From NCBI RefSeq assembly GCF_006345805.1, contig NC_042998.1, positions 107,322,001-107,386,000 on the forward strand: a stretch of 64,000 bases of DNA, written 5' to 3'. The first letter of the stretch is position 1, and every line of letters begins with the position of its first letter. The DNA is from Octopus sinensis (Eukaryota). Below, one piece after another: positions 25,952 to 39,890 of this stretch. The notes under the pieces were generated by a model. The model did not search any database and was not told the DNA's origin. It saw only the letters and a program-made list of their open reading frames with translations. Made by a program: the position numbers and the translations under genes.

Positions 25952-26559
25952 TCTTCGATGTACGCAATTGAAATAGTATTGAATTAAAATAGACATATTT
26001 GTAATGTCTATACATCATTGAAAGGTATGATATTGTGGCGTTTGTCTGAGAGAAAATCTCTTAGTGGACATGTGATACGTACACAAGAAAGAAAGAAAGA
26101 AAGAAAAGGAAAAAAACAACGAGGAGTTAACTAAATTATTTGAAATCAGCATTTCTCTGGTGTAGTTTTGAGCTTCGTGGTCAAGAAGTCGGCCAATGTA
26201 ATTTGTTTAACAGATTTCCTCGGCAACATAATTAATAAATGAATAATCAATTAAAAGTTATTGTTGTTGATTTATTGATCGAACTTGTGTAGACGGCAAT
26301 GGGGTAACTTTAAGTGTTTCAAGTTAATTGACAGATAATGAAAATTATGTAAAAGGTATATACGTGTGTGTGCGTGTAAGCGTACGAATGTATGCGTGTG
26401 TACACGTATGCACATGCTTGTGTGTGTGACCTTATGTGTATGTGTGTGTGCATAGTTACACACACGTACCTATACATACATGCATAATTGCATAAACATG
26501 TGCGTATGTATGCATGTATATAATTGCATAATCATGTGCGTGCGTATGCATGTATATTG

Positions 26560-26607
<48 letters not shown>

Positions 26608-26709
26608 TACTAATATAGGATGAAGTTTTTTTTCCTGCAGAAAAAAAAATTCCATCAAAAAATGTGGCTGCATATTAAAATACCTTTACGGTTAAAAAGT
26701 TGTTAAAAA

Positions 26710-26880
26710 GGTGCAGGAGTGGCTGTGTGGTAAGTAGCTTGCTAACCAACCACATGGTTCCGGGTTCAGTCCCACTGCGTGGCATCTTGGACAAGTGTCT
26801 TCTGCTATAGCCCCGGGCCAACCAATGCCTTGTGAGTGGATTTGGTAGACGGAAACTGAAAGAAGCCTGTCGTATATATG

Positions 26881-26932
<52 letters not shown>

Positions 26933-26940
26933 ATATATAT

Positions 26941-27003
<63 letters not shown>

Positions 27004-27240
27004 GTGGTGTGTGTGTGTGTGTATGTATGTGTGTGTTTGTGTGTCTGTGTTTATCCCCCTAGTATTGCTTGACAACCGATGCTGGTGTGTTTACGTCCCC
27101 GTCACTTAGCGGTTCGGCAAAAGAGACCGATAGAATAAGTACTGGGCTTACAAAGAATAAGTCCCGGGTCGATTTGCTCGACTAAAGGCGGTGCTCCAGC
27201 ATGGCCGCAGTCAAATGACTGAAACAAGTAAAAGAGTAAA

Positions 27241-27244
<4 letters not shown>
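26710..27244 (+). mobile_element. Full-length tRNA-headed SINE with internal microsatellite
   Basis: A box tggctgtgtggtaa, B box ggttcagtccc, internal (TA)n(TG)n, tail gaaacaagtaaaagagtaaaagag. Confidence 0.9.
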
Positions 27245-27284
<40 letters not shown>

Positions 27285-28312
27285 TATAATACAGAAAAAT
27301 GGAATGAACAGGCTTTAATTCAAACCACAACAATTGTTTCTATGGATTAGCAATAGCTGTGTACTCGCACGTCATCAGGTGAGAGTACTGCTGGATTGCC
27401 CATAGTTCCCAGTGCTTACAGACAAAAGAGATAAGGAATTATTCAAATATATATTTTGGCAACATTACTATCTATTTTCATAAAAGGCGAGACATGTCTA
27501 TGCTAAAGAAAATACTTAATATGAAGTTGTGATTTGGCTTGTCCTGGTTTGGATTAAAGCCTATTCATTCCATCCAGTTGTATTATATATTTTTTTTAAT
27601 TCTGCGTACACCAGCGGATTTCCACATGTATATCCAGTTAAAGGAGGATCCAAGAACTGTGAAATGCACGTTATTATTAAATGTGTATGTGTGTGTGAGA
27701 GAGAGACAGACAGACAGACAGACAATCCTAAACCTAACCCTAAAACCTTAAAGCTAAAACCAGTACAAACGCAAGAAGGATGTCATAAATAACAGTGACA
27801 AACGAAAAATACACCACCGATAGTTGTTGTTGACAAACAACGGCTGTAATTTTATTCAGCTGTATACACATCATTGATTGGTTGAAATAACCAAAATACG
27901 ACAACTTTAATGTGGAATAATTTCCTAAATATAAGCTTTTCTCAAAAACGCTAAGAGTAAAAGATGTTTTATATGACACATTCTACCAGTGTCCGAAGTT
28001 TGAAAGTGTATAGTTACAAAAAATTATTTTTTTTAATTTGCCAGTCAAAAGGTAAAGATCCGATTATCGTTTTATGTTTTCTCAACTAAAATCATTTCAC
28101 ATTAAATGTTTGAAATATTGATACGTTGTAAGTGAAATCTATAAAAATGACTAAAAACAAAATTTTTATCAAATTGTTTGGTAGGAACCTGAAGATATAT
28201 AAATAGTTTTTTCCATTTTGTTTACTGAGAATATTTGCAAATAAATTAATAGTATTATAGACAGATATTACTTTTTATCAGCTTTAACAATCTATTTCCA
28301 TTTCTATTGCAG

Positions 28313-28345
28313 GAGTATCATCCGAAAATATATCATCACTAATCG
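28313..28345 (+). CDS. Candidate 33-nt phase 1-1 microexon (xG-VSSENISSLI-E) of the LDLa/TM gene
   Basis: Acceptor tctatttccatttctattgcag, donor G|gtaagt, stop-free in the frame that joins the LDLa exon. Confidence 0.55.
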
Positions 28346-28948
28346 GTAAGTACATATGTTTGCGCATGCGCGCACGTATATGTGCGTGTTTGTGATACAA
28401 AATTTAAGCTATGTATTCACTGAACATTCTGGATATGGCTTAATATTTTCTTTTTGCTCTAAATATTTTATGGGTACGAAAGTATATATTTTATCCAAAA
28501 AAAATATTGCAACTATAACATGTCATAAGCACACGCAGACACATATATTGATACACACATACACACAAGACGAACCGAAACTAACAAATAAAATAAATCA
28601 TTGTATAATTGTATGACGTTGTTTGCAACAATTCCGAAAATTTGGTTAAACGGCCAACACACATGTACGTAGGAGAGTGAAAAGCAGAATGAAAAAACTT
28701 TAACACTTCTGATGACAATGTTTTTTGTTTTGTTTTAGTTTGTATTTCTGTTTTTTTCTTTTGCTTTTGTTTTGGGGCTTTGCATTTTTGTTTCTTCAGA
28801 AAAATATTGCCAATTTGTCTTTTTTTCCATCCTAAGTTAATTTTTAATGGAATTGCTCTGTAAAAATTTAGACATTAATATTTTGTCTTCTTCTAAGACA
28901 GAAAGCATGGACAACCCAGTTAAGTTAATATAGTTTTTTGTATATGTA

Positions 28949-28990
<42 letters not shown>

Positions 28991-29022
28991 ACATATATAT
29001 ATATATATATATGTATATAGGT

Positions 29023-29870
29023 ATCATCATCATCGTTTAACGTCCGTTCTCCATGCTAGCATGGGTTGGACGGTTCGACCGGGGATCTGGGAAGCCAGAA
29101 GGCTGCACCAGGCTCCGGTCTTATCTGGCAAGGTTTCTACAGCTGGATGCCCTTCCTAACGCCAACCACTCCGTGAGTGCTTTTTACGTGTCACCTGCAC
29201 TGGTGCCAGGCGGGGCTGGCATCGGCCACGGTCGGATTGGTGCATTTTACGTGCCACCTGCACGGAAGCCAGTCGAGGCGGCACTGGCTTCGGCCACGAT
29301 TCGGATGGTGCTTTTTACGTGCCACCGACACGGAAGCCAGTCGAGGCGGCGCTGGCATCGGCCACGATTCGGATAGTGCTTTTTACGTATCTCCAGTCCA
29401 GGGGTCCTGGCATCTGCCGGGTGCCAGTCATAGGATTGGTTCAATTTCGATTCCGATTTCGATTTCGATTTCACTTGCCCCAACAGGTCTTCGCAAGCAA
29501 AGGTGCCTGTCGTTGGATGAGGTTCGACATCGACTTCGCTTGCCTCAACAGGTCTTTGTGTCCAAGGGAGGAAAGGCATGCATAAGTGGGCTGGACTCAC
29601 TTGTCCTGCCTGGTCTTTTCACGCACAGCATATTTCCAAAGGTCTCGGTCGCTGGTCATTTCCTCAGTGAGACCTAAAGTTCGAAGGTCGTGCTTCACCA
29701 CCTCGTCCCAAGTTTTTCTGGGTCTACCTCTTCCACGGTATCCCTCCACTGCTAGGGATTGGCACTTTTTCACACACCTATCTTCATCCATTCTCGCCAC
29801 ATGACCATACCAGCGCAATCGTCTCTCTTGCACACCACAATTGATGCTCCTTAGGTCCAACATTTTTCTA
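29023..29870 (-). mobile_element. RTE-clade LINE 3' end (ORF C-terminus, repetitive 3' UTR, (GAT)n tail)
   Basis: RRLRWYGHVARMDEDRCVKKC...GRGRPRKTWDEVVKHDL; UTR with repeated ggcacgtaaaaagcac units; tail aaacgatgatgatga. Confidence 0.9.
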
Positions 29871-29912
29871 CAATGTATATATATATGTATATGTGCGTGT
29901 ATATATATGCGC

Positions 29913-29948
<36 letters not shown>

Positions 29949-29952
29949 GCGT

Positions 29953-30115
29953 GAAGGCGCATGGCTCAGTGGTTTAGGTGTTGTACTCACGATTGCGAAA
30001 TTGTGGGATCGATTCCCAGACCGGGCGTTGGATTGTGCTCTTGAGTAAAGCGCTTCATTTCACGTTGCTCTACGATCATTTCGTCATCTGACATGTGGCA
30101 CCTGTTGCGCCTGTA
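29953..30115 (+). mobile_element. tRNA-derived SINE head with CORE-like segment
   Basis: A box tggctcagtgg, B-box-like ggatcgattccc, then gtgctcttgagtaaagcgcttcatttcacgttgctc. Confidence 0.6.
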
Positions 30116-30707
30116 TGTATGTATATATATATATATATATATATATACTTAACAGTAGAACGTTGGAATGAGTGCTCAACACCGCATAGGTGAATAAAGA
30201 ATTTCTTTATTTGTGAATTAAGGCTACCATTGATTTCTTGTGGGAAAATAACATTATATTAAAATATATTTAAAATGTATTAAAATCGTCATGATAGGAA
30301 AATGATGTAAAATTTTGTGTATAGTGATATCATTTTTGGAGAAATAACCGGTTTCGCATTTTCGTTTCAAATTTCTTTACCGATGTTGTGTCATCTATTC
30401 GTTATGGTGTGATCTAGAAGAGTTCGAAACAGGGGGAGGTAATCAGAGATTTTTTTTTTTTTGGTATAAGGGAGGGCATCGAAAATGTTGGGAATCAGGT
30501 TTTGTTAACTTAGCATGATATGGTTTTGATAGAATAAAATGTTAGAAATGGTTACACATACTATATATATATATTTATATATAGTCAATCCAAACATGAA
30601 CAAGCAAGAAAAGACAACAACGCGAGGACGTCGAATAAGTACAGTGTTGTTGGACGCTCAGGAAAGGAAAGAAAAGAAAGAGGATTTCGCGTTTCGAGCG
30701 GATATAT

Positions 30708-30768
<61 letters not shown>

Positions 30769-31342
30769 TTTCCAGTTTTCCCATATTCATTTTGTAGTTG
30801 TGTAATTGGTAGTCAGCACCCATCAAGTACCACTATGGACCTCTGGTTGCCAAACAAGGTATCTTGTGGACACTTCTTTTTGCATTTGGATTACTCAGAT
30901 CTATTTTGCCTTTCGACCGTTCTGAGGGCCATAAATAAGTACTGGGTCAAATGTAATCGACTTTCCAAAGCATGGACATAGTTCAATGACTAAAACCAAA
31001 AAGAATAATATAAAGTAATATATATATGAGCGTTCATGTATGTATATACAAGAGTAAACATAGGTACGACATATAGAAATATGTATTTACAGAATTTGAC
31101 TCAGAATTGCATTAGTTTACATTTCACAAACTCAAAAGCATTTCTGATCGCTCGGATGCTTCATACTGAGTGGAAAGAAGATCACAGCTTCTAAATATGC
31201 TTATTGTCATTGGATGATGATGAATGTAGCTCGCTCTTATTCTCCAGTTTGGATCACGTGGTGAAATCGGCTACTGCGGCTGGATAAGAAGCAAGTCTGA
31301 TGCAATGCATAGGCGTAGTCTCGCTTGTTTTCATTAAAAAAA

Positions 31343-31762
31343 TTACTGTGAAATCGAAATTTCAGCAAATTTCATGAAATAGTATGAATAGCTAATGGCT
31401 TAAAATTAAGTAACAGATGGCTCTGTAGGTGACGGCAGCATGAGCGTTTAGTTTTCTTAAGGGATACAATGGGCTGTTGCAATATATGCAATTTATTACA
31501 GAAGTAAAAATAAGCCGGGTCTTATTGAGAATGTTCTAGATTATACTGGGTGGAACTTTCCCTGGTCTTGCATCCTCCAAATCAAACAAATCAGGAAAGA
31601 GGAGATTTCTCTGTCCGTGAAAGTAAAGAAATATATTTACTGGGTTAACTTTGTTTTGAAATCATCGCCTGTAAGGCCCGTACAGTATCTGTTACTTCAT
31701 TTTAAGCCATTAGCTGTTCATACTATTTCATGAAATTTGCTGAAATTTCGATTTCACAGTAA
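31343..31762. mobile_element. MITE-like element with ~76-bp terminal inverted repeats
   Basis: 31343-31418 is a near-perfect reverse complement of 31687-31762; no internal ORF. Confidence 0.7.
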
Positions 31763-32159
31763 CCAGCTAGGAAATACAGAATCCTCTCAGAAGGCAGGCT
31801 GATTAATTTCTATAGTTTCAGGCAGGTGCAAAGGAAAAAGCCTGTATGAGTGTACACTTTTTTTCTTTTGGAACATACGATATCTGAAGCAATTTTTTTC
31901 TTGACAAGAGTAACTCACTCTAGCATTTTGCACATCAAAAGCTTTGAATTTTATACATGCTTGGAAATGGTGCCTTATTAAGAATAAAACTTTTGTAGCT
32001 ATATTCGTGGAAACAGCTAGTTTGAACAGAGAATTAAATCGGGTTATTTTTCTTTCATGACTCTATGGGCTGGGTGGGGTAGGATTTCACCACCACACCC
32101 CATGTACACTAACTATTCTCCAACTATACTCCTCACTAACGCCTTCACATGTATCCAAT

Positions 32160-32570
32160 GCACTTTTCTTTCTTTTATGCACCTACCTGGCATGTGATGC
32201 ACATCTTAGACCGCATCCAGAAAGCAGCCATCCAAAAGAGTATTTTAAAGTCATCACAGAAATGTTGAAACTTCTAGCCCACAAGTGTGCAGTCTTCCCT
32301 TTCTGCTTTATCTACTGCTACGACAATGGACTCTTCTCTTCAGAGGTAGCTGGGCTCGTGCCTCCTCCCCTCAGACATAATCAACCCACTCATCCCTCCT
32401 CCAGTAATCACCCTTTTGTTCAACCCACCCCAAGCCCCACACCAATCACTACATTTTGTCTATCTGTCCCAAAACGTCAACCCTCCTAAACTCCGCCTCC
32501 GTGCTCATGTTTTTACCGTATGCGTTGATTTACAATGGTTCAAGAACATAAAAAGGCATTCGTCTCACCT
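32160..32570 (+). mobile_element. CR1/Zenon-like LINE 3' fragment
   Basis: Frameshifted LDRIQK..., LAHKCAV...YCYDNGLFSSEVAGLVPP motifs typical of this clade's C-terminus. Confidence 0.55.
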
Positions 32571-33698
32571 GTCTCGGACAGCTTTCCCAGACCCAGCAAG
32601 TAGTATTTCAGCTTGAAGACTACACTATTTTGTGCTTTATTGTTTAGAGTGGCCCTCTCCAAGATAAACTCTACAATATTGCTGCACTCACCCCTATTAA
32701 TTTTTTTTTTTCAAATACATTTCAAGTGCGATATAGTTTACTTTGTGACAGTGAAACTACATCATTTTCCAACTACTTAGACCAAATACAACTGTAGCAT
32801 TCGTGAAATTAACAATTTTCCCATTTGCAATCAAATTTGGAAATCACACAGGTCATTAGTACCTTGTTTTGTTTTCTGGCTTGTCGTTTACCATTGATAA
32901 GGTTTTTAATTTTGGCATTTGTATGTATGGTGGGATAGTACAGACACTCAGCACATGTACACTCATACTTTTATATATATATATATATATCATCATCATA
33001 TATATATATATCTTAAACAAATGTATGCGATTCTTTCATGATCAACTAAAACAAAGATAACGACACAAGAAGCTGTAACTTATAACAGTGGTAATGGTAA
33101 CATGACATACTAAACATTTTCGGATATGAATAAAGTAAAATTGAAGAATTGGCAAGCTCATCTGATTTGGGTCACAAAGCAAACTAATTAAAATATTGGC
33201 AGTATACCGAAATGTGTATATCTATATGTATGTAAATCTACGTGTTCATCCAGATGGAATAAAATGTTTGTATTTCATTGATTGTGAAGCTTTGTTTGTA
33301 TCTTAAATATCCATTAGACAACATTAAGCAACAGGTTTCTGATAAAATGTGTACACAAATATGCAGACACACCACATCGAACACATATATGAATCAACAG
33401 AAGAGCCTTCATATGATTGATCGACCTGTTAGAAATAGCAACCAAATCTCTTTCAAATCTTACCCTACCATCTTAGAGTGTTAGGCGACATTTTATAATG
33501 TAACCCTATATACGTTATATCTAAAAAAATGACAGGGTAGTGACATGCACAAATACACATGCACACACACACACAGAGGCATGCATGCACACAGAAAGAG
33601 AGAGAGAGAGAGAGAGTGAGTGAGTGAGAGGGGAGAAAGAAATAGGAGAGGGAAAGAATGAAACAGTGATATCTAATATCTGATCAATATATTTTCAG

Positions 33699-33827
33699 AA
33701 TGTGTCAACAGTTTCCAGTGTTCCAATGATGAATGTGTATCAAAATCATCACACTGTGATGGCATCAACGACTGTGGTTGTATGGTCGGTTGTGATGAAC
33801 ACCAATGTGACAAAACGGAAATAATGA
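33699..33827 (+). CDS. Exon encoding an LDL-receptor class A (LDLa) module
   Basis: ttttcag|AA TGT GTC...ATG A|gtaagt; 129 nt, phase 1-1; CVNSFQCSNDECVSKSSHCDGINDCGCMVGCDEHQCDKTEIM fits the CxxxFxCxxxxCxxxxxxCDGxxDC...DExxC pattern. Confidence 0.9.
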
Positions 33828-35529
33828 GTAAGTTACAATCCCGAATAGACATTTCATTTCATTTCCTGTTTGCAAACAAGCCAATTTTATGAGTAAATGA
33901 AGAAATCGAGTCCAAATATATAAATGCTAAAAATGTAAGTTATAGGATTGTACCAGCTCACCCACACTATAATTTCTTGTATAATAAAATTTTAAGGATT
34001 ACTTTTTTAAAAAATCTGTGAAAGTCAACTAAATTGGTATACGTAAAGCAAATATACTTTAGAACCAAAAGATGTCAAATTTTTCCAACATTTTGGCTGT
34101 TCATCACAATACTGGGAGTGAAAAATTTAGATTCATAATTTGCAGGCAAATATTATTAGCTTTATAAATAATTTTCCTTCTTAAATATCTTTTTTAAAGA
34201 TATTTAGTTGTTTTATTCAGAATTTGTCTTTCATTTCATTTTATCAATTCAAATGAGATGAAGTTCTGAAATTAGAAGAGCATGCAGTAAATTAAACATT
34301 TTTCAATCATTTGCTAACTTTATCTCCTTACTGTTACCAAAATCGAGTGACATGATAAAATGAGGTTTAAAAAGACTCAAGCTCAAATTCTTTAAATATT
34401 GAGCTTCATATTTGGGTATAAAATCACTTATTTTATAAACTAGTGATTTACATTCTGTGAGTTCTTTGTCTTTCCTTTTATAAAAAATAACAGTGTAAAT
34501 AAAGCAACTTGGTATCAATCAAAAATCGAAATTAGATCATAACATCAGTGTACTGAGACTTCATCTAGTGTTCTACTGTCTTTGCCTCATACTCTAAACA
34601 GCATCAAAAATCACTAACTTCAATTCTGCTTAAACTAATGTTAATACAAAAACAGTACTGACTAAATTGCAATGATCTAAACTCCAATGATCTAAGTTCC
34701 AATAACCTGATGATCAATAACTCATTGAATAGCAGGAATTTGAGAAGTTTACTGAAGTGTATTGTGTTTAAAGGTAACACTTTTACTGTTGAATGAATTT
34801 TGGGGGGTTACTCACAAATTCTTAGCAAAGCAGCATGAGTGATAAGAGAACTGATTGATGATTTCTGGAGCTTTGATAAAAAGAAATTAAAGCCCATAAT
34901 TCAGAAAAAAAAATGTTGCCTACCTTACACATTGTTAAATACAGAAGTGATTCTCCACAGAGTACTTACACTTCTCTTTTTCTTCTAATGGTGGAAAAAT
35001 TAATTGTACTTGCTATTTGCTGGCACTGACCTTCATTAGTGACCTCAGATTCCACTGTTTCACATAGAAATTAATAGAACATTTTTATCTGGACAATGGA
35101 TAGTAGAATTTGTAGGTCCATGAAAAATAAATCATGTGGTATCTAATTAAATTGCATCCTTTTAACTTATGAGTTCGTACTATACAGCACATGAATTTGT
35201 CTCCCATTGTTTCGTGGTCGATGAAATTATATTACCAGTATTAAAGTCGATTTAATTACACCTCTCTACCCACAAAATTTGTCACCTTTCTCCGTTGTAA
35301 TAAATAATAATTATTATTGCAAATATTTAAATACAGCATATGAAGAAGATCAGTAAAACTGCAATGTGCAAAGCAATACATAAACGTTTTCAGTTCTGCT
35401 GTGGATGAGTTAGAGTAATAAAAGCACAACAAAAGACAAAAACGATTTATCAACTATTTTGAGAGAAGTAAACCAGTACTTTCAAACAAAATATTTTGGT
35501 AATATTTCTTTTGTTCCACTCAAAGGCAA

Positions 35530-35700
35530 TGACCTGGCAGAACCTTTAACACACAGGGCAAAATGCCTAGTGGCATTTCGTCTGTCTTTGTGTTCTAAGC
35601 TCAAATTGCACCAAGATCGACTTTGCCTTTCATCCTTTCAGAATCAATAAAGTAAGTACCAGTCAAACACTGGTGTCTTGTGCCAAAATCTGAAATCAAT
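35530..35700 (+). mobile_element. Short Meta-like SINE
   Basis: ctggcagaacc...ggcatttcgtctgtc...gactttgcctttcatcctttc...taagtaccag. Confidence 0.7.
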
Positions 35701-36108
35701 ATTTCTTCCATTCGAGTTCCATAGATGCTTCCACAATGCCTTCAATATCATAAACGCAGAGAACAAGTGATTGGCCTATTGCAAATTTGTAGCCAATTAC
35801 CCTATTGTTCACAAAATACAATGATAAGAAACCAAAAAATATGAACTGCAGTTCATATACTTTTTCATTTAGGAATAGATGATTCCTTATAGATATCTGT
35901 TTCCATATGAACAGTGGTATTTAATTAGCAAATTTATTTGTAAATTTGTAAGCTGTGTGGTGATATCTTTAAATTTCATTAGACTTCTGTATAGATTGTG
36001 TTGTCTGTGTATACATATATACACAAAAACATATATACACACACACATATATGCATGACCATATATGTGTGTGTGTGTGTGCATGTATGTATTTATATGT
36101 GTGTGTAC

Positions 36109-36148
<40 letters not shown>

Positions 36149-36199
36149 ATGCACACACAGGTGTGTGTGTGTGTGTGTGCAATGATGAATGGATAGATG

Positions 36200-36690
36200 T
36201 GTGGCAAGCTGGTAGAATCCTTAGCAGCATTTCGTCAGTCTTTATGCTTCAAGTTCAAATTCCACCATGGTCGACTTTGCCTTACATTCTTTCTGGGTCG
36301 ATAAAGTAAGTACCAGTTCAACACTGAGGTCGGTGTAAATGACTTTTGCCTTAAACCACCCAAAATCACTGCTGGCCTTGTGCCAAAATTTGAAACAATT
36401 ATTATTACTATTATTATTATTATTATTATTATCATCATTGTTATTATTATTATTAAGGCAGCAAGCTGGCAGAAACGTTAGTGTGCCAGGTGAAATGCTT
36501 AGCGGTATTTCATCAGTCTTTATGTTCTGAGTTCAAATTCCGTCAAGATCAACTTTGCCCTTCATCCTTTCAGGGTTGATAAATTAAGTACTAGTTGCGT
36601 ACTGGGGTTGATCTAATTGACTGGCTCCCTACCCAAAAATTTCGGGTTTTGTGCCTAGAGTAGAAAAGATTATTATTATTATTATTATTA
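36200..36690 (+). mobile_element. Two tandem Meta-like SINEs separated and followed by (TTA)n
   Basis: Copy 1 ~36200-36395, (TTA)n 36398-36455, copy 2 36457-36670, (TTA)n tail. Confidence 0.8.
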
Positions 36691-37092
36691 TTATTGTTGT
36701 TGTTGTTGTGTTGTTTGCATATGTGTGTTTTTTAAAACCACTTAATAGTGCATACTTCATTGCTAAGTGTCTTTCCTCAATACCCTATATTTTAAGAATG
36801 TTTCAAACAAACAATATGATATTAAGAGGTTTCTATACTGATTGAAAACAATGTCTTATCTTTTACATATCAAATCACTGACCAATTGATATTTTCTTAC
36901 AACATAGAATTTTATAACAAATTAACATATAATCAATACATCCTTTGTTAGTATATATACATTACATTCATACATACATACATACACACATATATATAAT
37001 ATATACATATATACACACACACACACACACATATATATGTATGCATGTGTACATGCCTATATATATATACATATATATAAATATATATATAT

Positions 37093-37137
<45 letters not shown>

Positions 37138-37191
37138 CCGCATGTCTATATCTAATATATATCTAAACTGCTCTGTTTTACCATCTTACAG

Positions 37192-37727
37192 GCTTTGGTG
37201 CACAAATGGCAATCGGTATAAGCATTGGAGTGGCACTGTTTGCTATTTTGTTCTGTGGCACACTTTTTGTAGAGTGGCGGAACAAGTGGACCAAAAATAT
37301 TACTAGTAATGGCCGACCTCATAAGCCTCATCTTAAAAGCAAAGAAGCCGATGCAGAAGTGACAGAAAGACTTGGTACCAGCCAGACAAACAACGTCACT
37401 CAGTCACCTGAAGGATTTAGTACACCTACAGCTGCAACATCATTAACAATTACGTCAATGGATACTGGAAAAAATGCTTCTTCTTCTCTGTTGCAATCTT
37501 CAGCCGCATCATCATCACCATCATCAACAATAACCACAACAACAACAACAGCCAAAACACCGCCAGAGGGTACGGCATCAATAGCAGCACCAGCACCAAC
37601 GCAACCACCGACAACAACAACTTCAACAGTTCAACCACCGAATATAGACAATAAAAATATTATGCACAATAACAAATTTCCTGATGAATCTAGTGATGGA
37701 ACTGCTGGTCAATCTGCACTACTGTGA
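37192..37727 (+). CDS. Last coding exon: transmembrane helix plus Ser/Thr/Pro-rich tail
   Basis: Acceptor ctgttttaccatcttacag in phase 1 joins the LDLa exon (A|GC = Ser); AIGISIGVALFAILFCGTLFV followed by WRNKWTK; open to TGA at 37727. Confidence 0.88.
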
Positions 37728-37851
37728 AAAAAAAAATTTCATCTTTCTTGACAAAATGTTTGTCAACCGAGATATTTCTCTTTTGTCCATATATACATAG
37801 TAAACGCTTTTGTAAAATTATATGCGACAAATAAGCAAATATGTATGACAT

Positions 37852-37857
37852 AATAAA
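37852..37857 (+). promoter_or_regulatory. Candidate polyadenylation signal of the LDLa/TM gene
   Basis: AATAAA 125 nt after the stop codon, just before the large TA array. Confidence 0.35.
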
Positions 37858-37879
37858 TATGACAGAACTTATACACACA

Positions 37880-38357
37880 AATATATACATGTATATATTC
37901 ATACATATATATATATATATTACATATATATATTATATAAAATTATGTACACTTTTATATAATATATATGTGTATATGTATGTATGTATATATGTATGTG
38001 TGTATATATATATATACACACATACATATACACATATATATTATATAAAAGTATATGTAGATATGTGTGTATATATATATACATGTATACACATATATTA
38101 TATAAATTATATATATACTTTTATATTATATATATGTGTATATGTATGTACGTGTATATATATATACACACACACAAACACAAATATATATATACATATT
38201 ATATAAAAGTATATATACATGTGTGTGTGTAATATATATATATATATGTATGTATGTATATATATATATATATATGTACATATAGATATATATGTATGTG
38301 ATTATATATACATGTATATATATATATATAAATACATATATATATAAATATATACAT

Positions 38358-38389
<32 letters not shown>

Positions 38390-38687
38390 CATATATATAT
38401 ATATACATATACATACATATATAATATATATATATACATATACATACATATATATATATATATATACATATACATACATATATATATATAATACATATAC
38501 ATACATATATATATATATATACATATACATACATATATATATATATATATACATACATATATATATATATATATATACATATACATACATATATATATAT
38601 ATATACATATACATACATATATTATATATATACATATACATACATATATATATATATATACATATACATACATATATATATATACAT

Positions 38688-38718
<31 letters not shown>

Positions 38719-38867
38719 CATATACATACATATAATATATATATACATATACATACATATATAATATATATATATATATACATATACATACATATATATA
38801 TATATATACATATACATACATATATATATATATATATACATATACATACATATATATATATATACAT

Positions 38868-38926
<59 letters not shown>

Positions 38927-39323
38927 CATACATATATATATAACATATACATACATATATATATATATATACATATACATACATATATATACATATACAT
39001 ACATATATATATATATATAATATACATACATATATATATATATACATATACATACATATATATATATATACATACATATATATATATATACATATACATC
39101 ATATATATATATATAATATATACATATATATATATACATATACATACATATATATATATATACATACATATATATATATATACATATACATACATATATA
39201 TATATATATATACATACATATATATATATATACATATACATACATATATATATATATATATACATACATATATATATATATACATACATATATATATATA
39301 CATATACATACATATATATACAT

Positions 39324-39362
<39 letters not shown>

Positions 39363-39432
39363 CATATATATATATATATATACTATACATACATATTATA
39401 TATATACATATACATACATATAATATATATAC

Positions 39433-39475
<43 letters not shown>

Positions 39476-39678
39476 TATATATACATATATATATATAACA
39501 TATACATACATATATATATATATATACATATACATACATATATTATATATTATATATATATACATACATATATATATATATACATTACATACATATATAT
39601 ATATATATACATATACATACATATATATATATATATACATATACATACATATATATATATATATATACATATACATAC

Positions 39679-39738
<60 letters not shown>

Positions 39739-39851
39739 ATATATATACATACATATACATACATATATATATATATATATATACATATACATACATATAT
39801 ATATATATATATATACATATACATACATATATATTATATATATATATACAT

Positions 39852-39890
<39 letters not shown>

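Noticed and set aside
27326-27385. Strong plus-strand donor cag|gtgaga
   Set aside because: In-frame stop just upstream in the required phase; better explained as the reverse complement of a hammerhead core (CUGAUGA)
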